Positions 55,613-63,028 of a DNA stretch of 64,000 nt are shown one piece after another; position 1 is the first letter of the stretch, and every line of letters begins with the position of its first letter. The notes under the pieces were generated by a model that was not told where the DNA came from, searched no databases, and was given only the letters and a program-made list of their open reading frames with translations. Source of the DNA: an uncultured Chloroflexia bacterium. Lineage in GTDB: Bacteria; Chloroflexota; Dormibacteria; Aeolococcales; Aeolococcaceae. The stretch is from NCBI GenBank assembly GCA_963841385.1, contig CAWJCO010000005.1, forward strand, positions 419,434 through 483,433. Reading direction: 5' to 3'. The position numbers were made by a program, and so were the translations under genes.

Positions 55613-56718
55613 GGGTTCACCCGGATCGCCGGCTCGTCCGGGATCCGGGGCCGCCCCAGGAGCATGATCCCCACCGCCCCGGCGATGCCCAGGGGGAGGG
55701 TCATGGCGAGACGCACCAGGACCGTGACCGCCACCGCGTCCACCTTGCCGAGCCCGCCGGCAACCAGCAACGCCGCGGTGGTGACGTCGGCGGCACCGAT
55801 GCCGAAGGGAAGCGTCGACACGCTGCCGATCACCTGGGAGATGCAGTACGCGGCGATCGCGACCCCCAGGGAGACGCCGGCACCGACCCCCCAGACCAGC
55901 ACCAGCACCTGCAGGCCGCTGATCACGAAGATCAGCAGGCTGTAGAGAGCGAAGATCGCGCCGACCCGCCAGGCAAGCCCGAGCTCCTCGAGGCGCACCA
56001 GCGAGCGCAGGATGCCGGCCACCAGCCCGTGGCGCCCGGTGGGGAGGGAGACCCCGAAGTAGTGCCGCGTGGCCAGGCTCACCCACCACGGGCCGGCGAT
56101 GACCACCAGCCCTGCCACCGCCAGGCCGGCCGCCGCCAGCGCGGGAAGGTAGATCGCGGCGGCGAGGACCCCGCCGACCACTCCCAGCTGGATGATCGTG
56201 ACCAGGCGCTCGTAGACGACCGTCGCGACCCCCGCGCTGACCGGCACCCGGTCGTGGTTGCGCCACAGATAGGGGCGTGAGAGGTCGCCGCTCGCCGCCG
56301 GGGTCAGCCAGCTCAGGGTCTGCCCAGCGAGGTCCACCCAGTTCATCCGGACGAAGGGCACGGGGTGGCCGAGGCGCCGGAGCAGGATCTGGGACCGCCG
56401 GGCGCGGAGCAGGGTGGTGGCGAGGTTGAGGGCGATCGCCACCCCCACCAACCTCCAGGAGACGTGACCGGCCTTGCTGACCACCTGAGCCGGGTTGACC
56501 TTGCGGATCAGGCCGTAGATCACCGCGGCGCTGATCAGGAGGACGACCAGTTGGAGCCCGGCCAGCAGCAGCCGCCGTCGCATCGTGGCGTGATGCGGCC
56601 TGGCCGTCGACGCCACTCCGGTGGGCTCGGCGGGGGCGGGGCGCGGGATCATCAGGTCATCGGAGGGCGCGCCATCCAGCCCGCGCCAGACCGCGTCGGC
56701 CGCGGACTTCGCGGTCAA
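55609..56718 (-). CDS. UPF0104 / LPG-synthase-TM 'flippase-like' polytopic membrane protein, first gene of the sqdB operon
   Basis: About 8 TM segments. Has RRRLLLAGLQLVVLLISAAVIYGL, LRARRSQILLRRLG and VSTLPFGIGAADVTTAALLV, parallel to the two copies at 15474-17572. TTG start at 56718, with an alternative ATG at 56583. Confidence 0.7.
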   Translation of the reverse strand: MTAKSAADAVWRGLDGAPSDDLMIPRPAPAEPTGVASTARPHHATMRRRLLLAGLQLVVLLISAAVIYGLIRKVNPAQVVSKAGHVSWRLVGVAIALNLATTLLRARRSQILLRRLGHPVPFVRMNWVDLAGQTLSWLTPAASGDLSRPYLWRNHDRVPVSAGVATVVYERLVTIIQLGVVGGVLAAAIYLPALAAAGLAVAGLVVIAGPWWVSLATRHYFGVSLPTGRHGLVAGILRSLVRLEELGLAWRVGAIFALYSLLIFVISGLQVLVLVWGVGAGVSLGVAIAAYCISQVIGSVSTLPFGIGAADVTTAALLVAGGLGKVDAVAVTVLVRLAMTLPLGIAGAVGIMLLGRPRIPDEPAIRVNP

Positions 56719-56894
56719 GGAATCTCCCCATTCGTCCGTACTGAGACCGGCAAGATGCTGATCATCCGAACCTTACAAGAGCGTTACCACTCTCGGGCCG
56801 GAACGGACGTTTGCATGACCCGAGCCGCAGCGGTCGCGGCGGCGCACCCGCCGCCTCACCGACCCGAAAGGTTTCCCCGCCTAGGCTGGGCGCC

Positions 56895-57110
56895 ATGGCG
56901 GTGGTCCCGATCATCCTCCTGCTGGTCGCCGGTGCCGTGATCGCGGCCGGTCAGCTGACGGTCCAGACCGATCAGCTCGTGCCGGGCCTGCTGATGCTGG
57001 TCCCGCTGGTGGCCGGGCTCCTCCTGACCCGCCTGCGCTCGGCGTCCGGCCGGCTCACCGCGGTGCAGGCCGTCCCCGACGTCCCCCGACGGCTGCGGCG
57101 AGGTGTATGA
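56895..57110 (+). CDS. Possible small membrane protein (71 aa, 2 TM)
   Basis: MAVVPIILLLVAGAVIAAGQL ... LVPGLLMLVPLVAGLLLT. No family was recognised. Weak. Confidence 0.3.
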   Translation: MAVVPIILLLVAGAVIAAGQLTVQTDQLVPGLLMLVPLVAGLLLTRLRSASGRLTAVQAVPDVPRRLRRGV

Positions 57111-57120
57111 AAGCGAGTCG

Positions 57121-57300
57121 ATGAAGGGCAATCCCGTGATGGGCTTCCTGCACCGCTCCAGCAAGCCGCGCAAGCCGCGTCCCGGCGCCGGGCTGCGGCC
57201 GGTCTGCCCGATCTGCGAGCGGCCGATGGAGCGCCGTGGCTCCACGGTCTGGATGTGCCCCGACTTCCCCCGCTGCCCCGGGGCCATCGCCGCCGACTGA
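57121..57300 (+). CDS. Small C4 zinc-finger protein (topoisomerase-type zf-C4-like)
   Basis: CPICERPMERRGSTVWMCPDFPRCPG resembles the CPxCGxxM...C..YP.C topoisomerase DNA-binding zinc finger. The start may be 57121 or 57139. Confidence 0.5.
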   Translation: MKGNPVMGFLHRSSKPRKPRPGAGLRPVCPICERPMERRGSTVWMCPDFPRCPGAIAAD

Positions 57301-57382
57301 TCCGGCGTCGCGCTGGCCGTGGCCGCCTGACCTCGTCGGGCGCGCTCGCAACCTCGGCCGTCGGAGCATCCGGGACCGGCGA

Positions 57383-57835
57383 CTACCCTCGCGGTTCCCC
57401 GCCGGTCGCGGCGGCCGGGGGTAGCTCCGCGTCGCCCATCCGCTCCATCGCCCGTCGGGCCACCGCGGTGCCGGCGGCGGCCGCCGCGGTGGTGGCGGCG
57501 CGCAGCGCCACGCGCTGCCAGAGTGGTCCGTTCTCCTTGCGCCGCCGCCCCAGCTCCTTGCGGATCTCCTCGAGCTGGGCGGCCACGTCGTCGAGCGAGG
57601 TCACGACGGCCGGGGGGGCTTCCTGCCGGCGGCCCCGCGCGCGCAGGACCAGCACCGAGACCGTGACGGCGACGGCCACCGTCCCGATGACCGCGTAGCG
57701 GACGCCGTCCCGTCGGAGCCGCGCCCGCCAGTCGAGCTCCTCTCGGACCCGGGACTCGAGAGCGGAGACGTGAGCCGCAAGCGCCTGCTTGCTCAGCTCC
57801 CGTTCGCGTTCGGCTTCAGCAACTCCCTGACCCAC
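57383..57835 (-). CDS. DUF3618-like protein (coiled coil + one TM)
   Basis: GTG at 57835 is preceded by AAGGAGGA. Reads ELSKQALAAHVSALESRVREELDWRARLRRDGVRYAVIGTVAVAVTVSVLVL. It partners the upstream holin-like gene, as is common in actinobacteria. Confidence 0.55.
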   Translation of the reverse strand: MGQGVAEAERERELSKQALAAHVSALESRVREELDWRARLRRDGVRYAVIGTVAVAVTVSVLVLRARGRRQEAPPAVVTSLDDVAAQLEEIRKELGRRRKENGPLWQRVALRAATTAAAAAGTAVARRAMERMGDAELPPAAATGGEPRG

Positions 57836-58224
57836 TCCAGGTCCTCCTTCACGGTGGCTCCGACCCTGCGTCCCTCGGCGATCGTCCTCTTCACCATCCG
57901 GTACCCGAGGCCGCCGAGGACGCCGACGATCACCAGCAGCAGGCCCGCCATGATCAGCCAGCCCAGCCAGGGGTGGTGGAGGGCCCCGCCGATGGCCTCG
58001 GCGGCGGCTCCCAGGAGGAGGACGGCGCTCAGGAGGAGGCCGACGGCGGCGGCGGCGAGCAGGCCGGCGGCGAGCGCGGCACGCTTGGCGGCGGCGCTGC
58101 CCTCCGCCCTGGCCAGCCCCATCTCGGCACGGGCGAAGCGCAGCGCGTCGGCCAGGATCTGCCGTAGCGACGCGATCACGGCGGCGCGCGGGGAAGCTGC
58201 GGGAGGGGCGTCCTGACTGGTCAT
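57793..58224 (-). CDS. 'Phage holin family' / Holin-X-like small membrane protein (2 TM)
   Basis: Has LRFARAEMGLARAE, two TM segments (AALAAGLLAAAAVGLLLSAVLLLGAA / WLGWLIMAGLLLVIVGVLGGLGY) and a charged C-terminus. Confidence 0.6.
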   Translation of the reverse strand: MTSQDAPPAASPRAAVIASLRQILADALRFARAEMGLARAEGSAAAKRAALAAGLLAAAAVGLLLSAVLLLGAAAEAIGGALHHPWLGWLIMAGLLLVIVGVLGGLGYRMVKRTIAEGRRVGATVKEDLEWVRELLKPNANGS

Positions 58225-58273
58225 CAGCAGAGCTTCGCAGACCCGCACCGGGTGCTGCCGTCAACCCGGCCGG

Positions 58274-58633
58274 TCATACCTTCAGGGCCGCGACGTCGAT
58301 GTCCTCGAGGCCCTCGGGCGGAGGGATCCCGTGCTCGTGCAGCGCCTTGAGCAGCACCAGGACGTAGCGGACCCCGGTGAGGTTGACCCCGTGCTGGCGG
58401 GTCAGGCTCTGAATGGTCTGGAGCTTGTAGATGTCGCGCTGGGAGAAGCGGCGGCGGTTCGTCGAGGTCCGCTGCGGCACCACCAGCCCCATGTTCTCGT
58501 ACATCATGAGGGTGCGCGGATGGGTCTCCAGGATCTCGGCCGCGACGCTGATGGTGTAGATCGGCTTGTCCAGGCCGGGTGAGCCGGGCAGCGCCCCGCC
58601 GCTGGGATCGCCCCTGCCTACTCCTTCAGCCAC
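58274..58633 (-). CDS. MerR-family transcriptional regulator, HspR-like (copy 1)
   Basis: Reads LDKPIYTISVAAEILETHPRTLMMYENMGLVVPQRTSTNRRRFSQRDIYKLQTIQSLTRQHGVNLTGVRYVL. The GTG at 58633 overlaps the receiver-gene stop by 16 nt. Confidence 0.75.
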   Translation of the reverse strand: MAEGVGRGDPSGGALPGSPGLDKPIYTISVAAEILETHPRTLMMYENMGLVVPQRTSTNRRRFSQRDIYKLQTIQSLTRQHGVNLTGVRYVLVLLKALHEHGIPPPEGLEDIDVAALKV

Positions 58634-59010
58634 TCGTTGATCCCCTCCGAGATCGCCAGAGGTGACGTCTGCGCCTTGACCAGGAACTCCAGCGCACCCA
58701 GCTTGAGGCCGCGATCCACCAGGTCCCTCTCGCCGAAGTTGCTCAGGATGATCACCGGGGTCTCGGCCGTGGGCCCGTGCCGTCGCAGCTCCTGGAGCAC
58801 CTCGAAACCGTCCTTCTTGGGCAGGCGAACGTCGAGGAAGACGATGTCGGGCAGGAGCTCCTTGGCCCGCTCCAGGCCTTCGACGCCATCGAGCGCCACG
58901 TGGACGCGGTAGCCGTCCAGCTCCAGCTTGGTCCGGTACATCTCCAGGGTGTCCCGGTCGTCCTCGATCAGGAGGACGTCGATCAACGCGTCCTCGTCCG
59001 CGTCCGCCAT
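58618..59010 (-). CDS. Single-domain response regulator (CheY-like receiver only)
   Basis: Has DVLLIEDD (acidic pocket), IVFLDVRLPKKDG (phospho-acceptor Asp), PVIILSNF and the ALEFLVK Lys. ATG at 59010 has a GGGAGGA RBS. Confidence 0.85.
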   Translation of the reverse strand: MADADEDALIDVLLIEDDRDTLEMYRTKLELDGYRVHVALDGVEGLERAKELLPDIVFLDVRLPKKDGFEVLQELRRHGPTAETPVIILSNFGERDLVDRGLKLGALEFLVKAQTSPLAISEGINEWLKE

Positions 59011-59064
59011 CGGCTCCGTCTGTCCTCCCTTGCCCGAGCCTCCGGCGATCCGGAAGCCTCCCGG

Positions 59065-59070
59065 AGTATA
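59065..59070 (-). promoter_or_regulatory. Candidate -10 element TATACT upstream of the receiver gene
   Basis: The reverse complement of agtata fits TANNNT, about 55 nt upstream of the ATG at 59010. Confidence 0.3.
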
Positions 59071-59208
59071 GCCGGGGGACACCCCCAGTTCCGAATGGCC
59101 AGGCGGGTTGCGCCGTCCCCCCTCGGATGGCGGCGGGGACTGCGCGGAGGCGTCTCCGCCCGGCCTCGGAGCCTGCGCGGTCGATCCGAACGGGCCGACC
59201 GATCCGGG

Positions 59209-59556
59209 TCAGATGCGCACGTGGGCGATGTCGACGTCCGCCAGGAACTCCGGCCGCGGGATCCGGTGGGCGTCCAGGGTCTGGAGCAGCCGGATCACGT
59301 AGCGAGCCGCGTTGAGGTTGAGCCCGTGGGTCTTGGTCAACCGCTGGACGGCCTGGAGGGTGAGCAGGTCGCGCTGGCTGTAGCGACGCCGGTTGGTGGG
59401 GGTGCGGTGCGGGACCACCATGCCCAGGTGCTCGTACATGATCAGGGTCCGGGGGTGGACCGCGAGGATCTCCGCCGCGACGCTGATGGTGTAGATGGGC
59501 TTGTCGAGGCCGAGCCTCGCCGGCTCGGAGCTTGCGGCCTGTGTCACTGCGGCCAC
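59209..59556 (-). CDS. MerR-family transcriptional regulator, HspR-like (copy 2)
   Basis: Reads LDKPIYTISVAAEILAVHPRTLIMYEHLGMVVPHRTPTNRRRYSQRDLLTLQAVQRLTKTHGLNLNAARYVI. Several in-frame GTGs are available, and 59556 was chosen because it follows GGAGGTGA. Confidence 0.75.
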   Translation of the reverse strand: MAAVTQAASSEPARLGLDKPIYTISVAAEILAVHPRTLIMYEHLGMVVPHRTPTNRRRYSQRDLLTLQAVQRLTKTHGLNLNAARYVIRLLQTLDAHRIPRPEFLADVDIAHVRI

Positions 59557-59862
59557 CGTGGTCACCTCCACGCCAGGGGCGCCTGGCGGTCGCGGCCCGA
59601 GGGCCCGGCGCCCCGCGCCTCGCGCCCATCGAATGGTAGTCGCTGCCCCCCGGGAGGAGGGCATCCGCGGTCGGGGGCTCGCCCGCGGACCGGCCGAGGG
59701 ACCGGGCGCCGCATCGAGTGGGGCCCGGCTCGGTGAGAGCCCCCACCGGCGTGCCACCATTAGCGCCCGTGCTCTCCTCCCCTCCGCTGGCCCAGCCGCG
59801 GTCCGGCCTCCGGCCCCACCGAGCCGGCGTAACCCTCGTGCCCCCACTCCCGTTGACCCTCG

Positions 59863-60054
59863 GTGATGGCTGACACCCCCCGACCCTCCGCGCCCAGCGG
59901 GCTCGACGACCTCGCGGTTCGGGAGCGCTGGCTCAGGCAGCGGCGGGCTCGCGACTTCGCGGCGCGGCGCTCCGGGCTGATCGCCCTCTGGGTGGCGATC
60001 GCCGCCGTGGTCTGCTGGCTCTTCGTCGCCGGCTTCGCGGGTCTCGGCCACTAG
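59863..60054 (+). CDS. Possible small membrane protein (63 aa, C-terminal TM)
   Basis: Good GC3. RERWLRQRRARDFAARR followed by the TM segment LIALWVAIAAVVCWLFVAGFAGL. No family was recognised. Confidence 0.3.
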   Translation: MMADTPRPSAPSGLDDLAVRERWLRQRRARDFAARRSGLIALWVAIAAVVCWLFVAGFAGLGH

Positions 60055-60304
60055 CCTGGGCATTCGCGAGGGCTGCCGGCATCTGAGCGTCTGAGCCCGA
60101 GTGGCCAGGAGAGTCCCGCTTCGGGCTGGTTGGGCGCGAGGGGATGCCTGGCTCAGCCGAGCTGAGGACTGAGATCTCCCCGGCCGGGGGCTGGCGATGC
60201 GACGCGCTCCGCCACCCAGGATCCGTCCCGGCTCCATCCTCCACCGGACCCCGGCGGAGGCGATACGATCACTGTCGGCACGCCGCAGGAGGGCGGTCTC
60301 CGAC

Positions 60305-60856
60305 ATGGTGCGCGGTCCCAGGTTGCGTTCGCTGACGATCGCGACCGGGATTCTGGTGGTCGCGGCAGCGGTTGCATCAGCCATGGTCCTCAGCGGGTCA
60401 TCGACCTCCCGCCGGGTCCCGTCCGTCTCCAGCCCTTCCTCCACCAGGCCGACCCCCCCGGTTCCGAGGTTCTCCAGGACGGAGGCAGAGGCCGCGGCGA
60501 GAAAGTGGGCGTCGGGCGTCGTCACGCGCGAGGCAAGCAAGCTCAGTACGAATGAGATCATCTCGGATTTCCTCAACGCCTGGGAAAGTGGCCAGTCCAC
60601 AGTCGATCTCCCGGGCAGGCTCAATCCGCTCATAGGTCCCCCCGCCAACCGGGAGGAGTGGGTCGTGGCCCTCTCCGGAAGCATCTCGCGCCGCGTCGCG
60701 TGGGAGCCCGAGTCCCTACCGCCGGGGAGTGTCCCCTGGGCTGTGATCACCTTCGACGCCACGACGGGAGACGTGACCAGCGGGTACGCGGCGTCGCCGT
60801 CATCCGACGTGACGTGGCCCCCCGGCTGGGACCAGATCTCCGACATGGCGGGGTAG
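60305..60856 (+). CDS. Hypothetical membrane-anchored or secreted protein
   Basis: ATG at 60305 is preceded by AGGAGGG. Signal anchor RLRSLTIATGILVVAAAVASAMVL, a Ser/Pro linker, then a roughly 120-aa domain. Locally lower GC. No family was recognised. Confidence 0.5.
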   Translation: MVRGPRLRSLTIATGILVVAAAVASAMVLSGSSTSRRVPSVSSPSSTRPTPPVPRFSRTEAEAAARKWASGVVTREASKLSTNEIISDFLNAWESGQSTVDLPGRLNPLIGPPANREEWVVALSGSISRRVAWEPESLPPGSVPWAVITFDATTGDVTSGYAASPSSDVTWPPGWDQISDMAG

Positions 60857-60889
60857 CGCCTGGTCGGGGCCTCCCCTCTCAGCAGTCTC

Positions 60890-62344
60890 TTAGCCGATCA
60901 GCTCGCGCAGGTCCTGGAGCTGATTCCCGATCCAGCGGGAGACGTCGTTGCTCCGGATCACCTCCTGCATCTTCTCCGCTCGGGCCGTCTTCTGGGGCTC
61001 GTCCATGACCAGGCCGAGCAGGAGCGCCTCGGCTGTCTCGTCCACGTCGAAGGGGTTGACGGTGAGGGCGAAGTCACCGATCTCCTCATGGGCGCCGGCG
61101 TTCTCGCTGAGGACCAGCACCCCGTGGCGCGTGTTGCAGAGGGGCCCCTCCTTGGCCACCAGGTTCATGCCGTCGTAGATCGGGTTGACGAGGAGCACGT
61201 CGAAGCACTTGTAGGCGGCGATCGCCTTGTACATGTTGTCCTCGACCTCGACCCGGATCGGCGTCCACCCGCCGCTCGAGAACCGCCGGTTGATCCGCGC
61301 CGCCACCGAGAGCACGCTGCCCAGGTAGGAGCGGTAGTCGCCGATGTCCTGGCGGCTGGGCTGCAGGAAGGCCCAGAACTGGACCCGGCGGTGGAGATCG
61401 GTGTTGGTCTCCAGCATCCTCTCGTAGGCGAGGAAGCCGCGCACGATGTTCTTGCTGAGGTCGGTGCGGTCCACGCGCAGGATCAGCCTCTCCGGCCGCC
61501 ACGAGGCGATCCGGCGCTCCTCGTCCAGCACCCTGGGGTCCTGCGCCTGCTCGGCGAAGCCGGGGATGTCGACGCTGATCGGATAGTGGCGCACCCACAC
61601 CGCCCTCCCCTGGTAGTACACGGTGCGCTCCCGGAAGTCGACGCCCAGACCGAGATTCTCCTCACAGGTGAGCAGGAAGTTGCGCACGTCACGGCTGGTC
61701 TGGAACCCGACGATGTCGTTGCCCAGCAGCCCGTGGACGATCTCATCCCGGATCGGCTTGGGCAGGATCTTCCAGTACTGGGGCGTGGGCCATGGGATGT
61801 GGACGAAGTGCTGTAGCTTCACCTCGGGCACCAGCTCGCGCACCATCCGCGCGACCAGGTACAGCTGGTAGTCCTGAATCAGCACCAGCGGTGGCCGGTC
61901 GCCCGCCGCCGCCTCGCGGGCCACGCGCTCGGCGAACATCCGGTTGACGGCGACGTACCCCTCGCGCCAGGCGTGACGGGTGGAGGCCCCCACCAGGGGC
62001 TCCCGGGCGAGATCCCAGAGGTAGTGCTGGATGAACCAGAGCAGCGGGTTGCTGATGACGTTGTAGTAGAGGTCGTACGCTTCCGGCGCGGGCTGGATGA
62101 AGGCGACCCGGTACTCGGCCCCGTCGGCGGTCCGGAGCTGGGCGGGATCGCCGCGTGCGGCGAGGTTCAGGTCCTGCTCGTCGCGAGCCGCCGCCACCCA
62201 GAGCGCCCCGGTCTCGGTTGCCAGGGACGAGAGCGCGGTGACCAGGCCGCCCGCACCCTTGACCAGCCTCTCGGGGCGTCCCAGCAGCGGGTCCGCCGGC
62301 TCCAGCGCCAGCGGAGCCCGGTTGGCGACGATGATCGGCCGCAC
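60890..62344 (-). CDS. otsA: Alpha,alpha-trehalose-phosphate synthase (GT20)
   Basis: Has IIVANRAP, GGLVTAL, YYNVISNPLLWFIQHY, LIQDYQLYLV, HIPWP, LRVDRTDLSKN and NPIYDGMNLVAKE. Confidence 0.92.
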   Translation of the reverse strand: MRPIIVANRAPLALEPADPLLGRPERLVKGAGGLVTALSSLATETGALWVAAARDEQDLNLAARGDPAQLRTADGAEYRVAFIQPAPEAYDLYYNVISNPLLWFIQHYLWDLAREPLVGASTRHAWREGYVAVNRMFAERVAREAAAGDRPPLVLIQDYQLYLVARMVRELVPEVKLQHFVHIPWPTPQYWKILPKPIRDEIVHGLLGNDIVGFQTSRDVRNFLLTCEENLGLGVDFRERTVYYQGRAVWVRHYPISVDIPGFAEQAQDPRVLDEERRIASWRPERLILRVDRTDLSKNIVRGFLAYERMLETNTDLHRRVQFWAFLQPSRQDIGDYRSYLGSVLSVAARINRRFSSGGWTPIRVEVEDNMYKAIAAYKCFDVLLVNPIYDGMNLVAKEGPLCNTRHGVLVLSENAGAHEEIGDFALTVNPFDVDETAEALLLGLVMDEPQKTARAEKMQEVIRSNDVSRWIGNQLQDLRELIG

Positions 62345-62702
62345 GTGGCGGAGCAGGCGGCGCGTGTAGGGCTGGAGCGCTGGCAGTGTCGGCCTCCTCT
62401 GCGGCGGAGGGCGATCGGTCCCGGCGCCCCGGACACCCCGGAGCCGCCGCCGACCGACGCCGATGCGACGCTATCAGTCTGGGACACCCGTGCGGGGACC
62501 GGGCCCGGGTAGCCGCCTCCGTCGGCGCCGGAGGTCCCGAGCCCGACCCGTCCCGCCATGTCGCCGCCGCCCGCTGAACACCATGCCGGCCAGCTAGACT
62601 CGGCCCATGGTGCGTCCTGCGGGTCGGCGGTGGGCTCCCGGTGGACGTGACGCCCGCGGAGTGGCGCTCGCCGCCCCGCCTCCGGAGGTCTGAGCGGCCG
62701 CC

Positions 62703-62996
62703 GTGTCCTTCTTCGGACGCCTCTTCGGGTCCAGTCCGGCTCCCGCGCCGGCGAACACGGTGATCATCGCCGACGATCTGGTCGATCGCCTCACCGCCGC
62801 GGGGGTGCCGCTCCCGGCCGCGGTGGACGCCGCCCTGCGCCGTCACCTGGAGGCGGAGCGGCGCGCCGCCGAGGCCGAGATGCGGGGAGAGAAGATCCCC
62901 TTCTGGCTGCGCCGGGAAGGGGGAGGATCGGGCGAGATGGAGGACGCCCTCCGTGACCGGATCGCGCAGCGGCGGGGCGCCGAGGAAGACCGCTGA
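62703..62996 (+). CDS. Hypothetical small protein (97 aa)
   Basis: GTG start, acceptable GC3 bias, charged helical C-terminus. No family was recognised. Confidence 0.4.
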   Translation: MSFFGRLFGSSPAPAPANTVIIADDLVDRLTAAGVPLPAAVDAALRRHLEAERRAAEAEMRGEKIPFWLRREGGGSGEMEDALRDRIAQRRGAEEDR

Positions 62997-63028
62997 CCGG
63001 CGGGGCGGGCGCCCCCGACCGGATCCCC

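Noticed and set aside
57383-58224. 'Phage holin family' gene as evidence of a prophage
   Set aside because: No integrase, terminase, capsid, tail or endolysin genes are nearby. The holin-like/DUF3618 pair is a common chromosomal stress-associated pair in high-GC Gram-positives.
59557-59862. HspR-type HAIR operator (CTTGAGT-N7-ACTCAAG) upstream of the MerR triad
   Set aside because: Not found. Only a weak, widely spaced pair (cGAATGGTAg at about 59632 and cCACCATTAg at about 59755) was seen, too far apart to be one operator.
62607-62690. 27-codon leaderless upstream ORF before the 62703 gene
   Set aside because: The promoter-like TAGACT-N6-ATG is noted, but third-position GC bias of the short ORF is weak. 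It may only mark a transcription start for the downstream gene.
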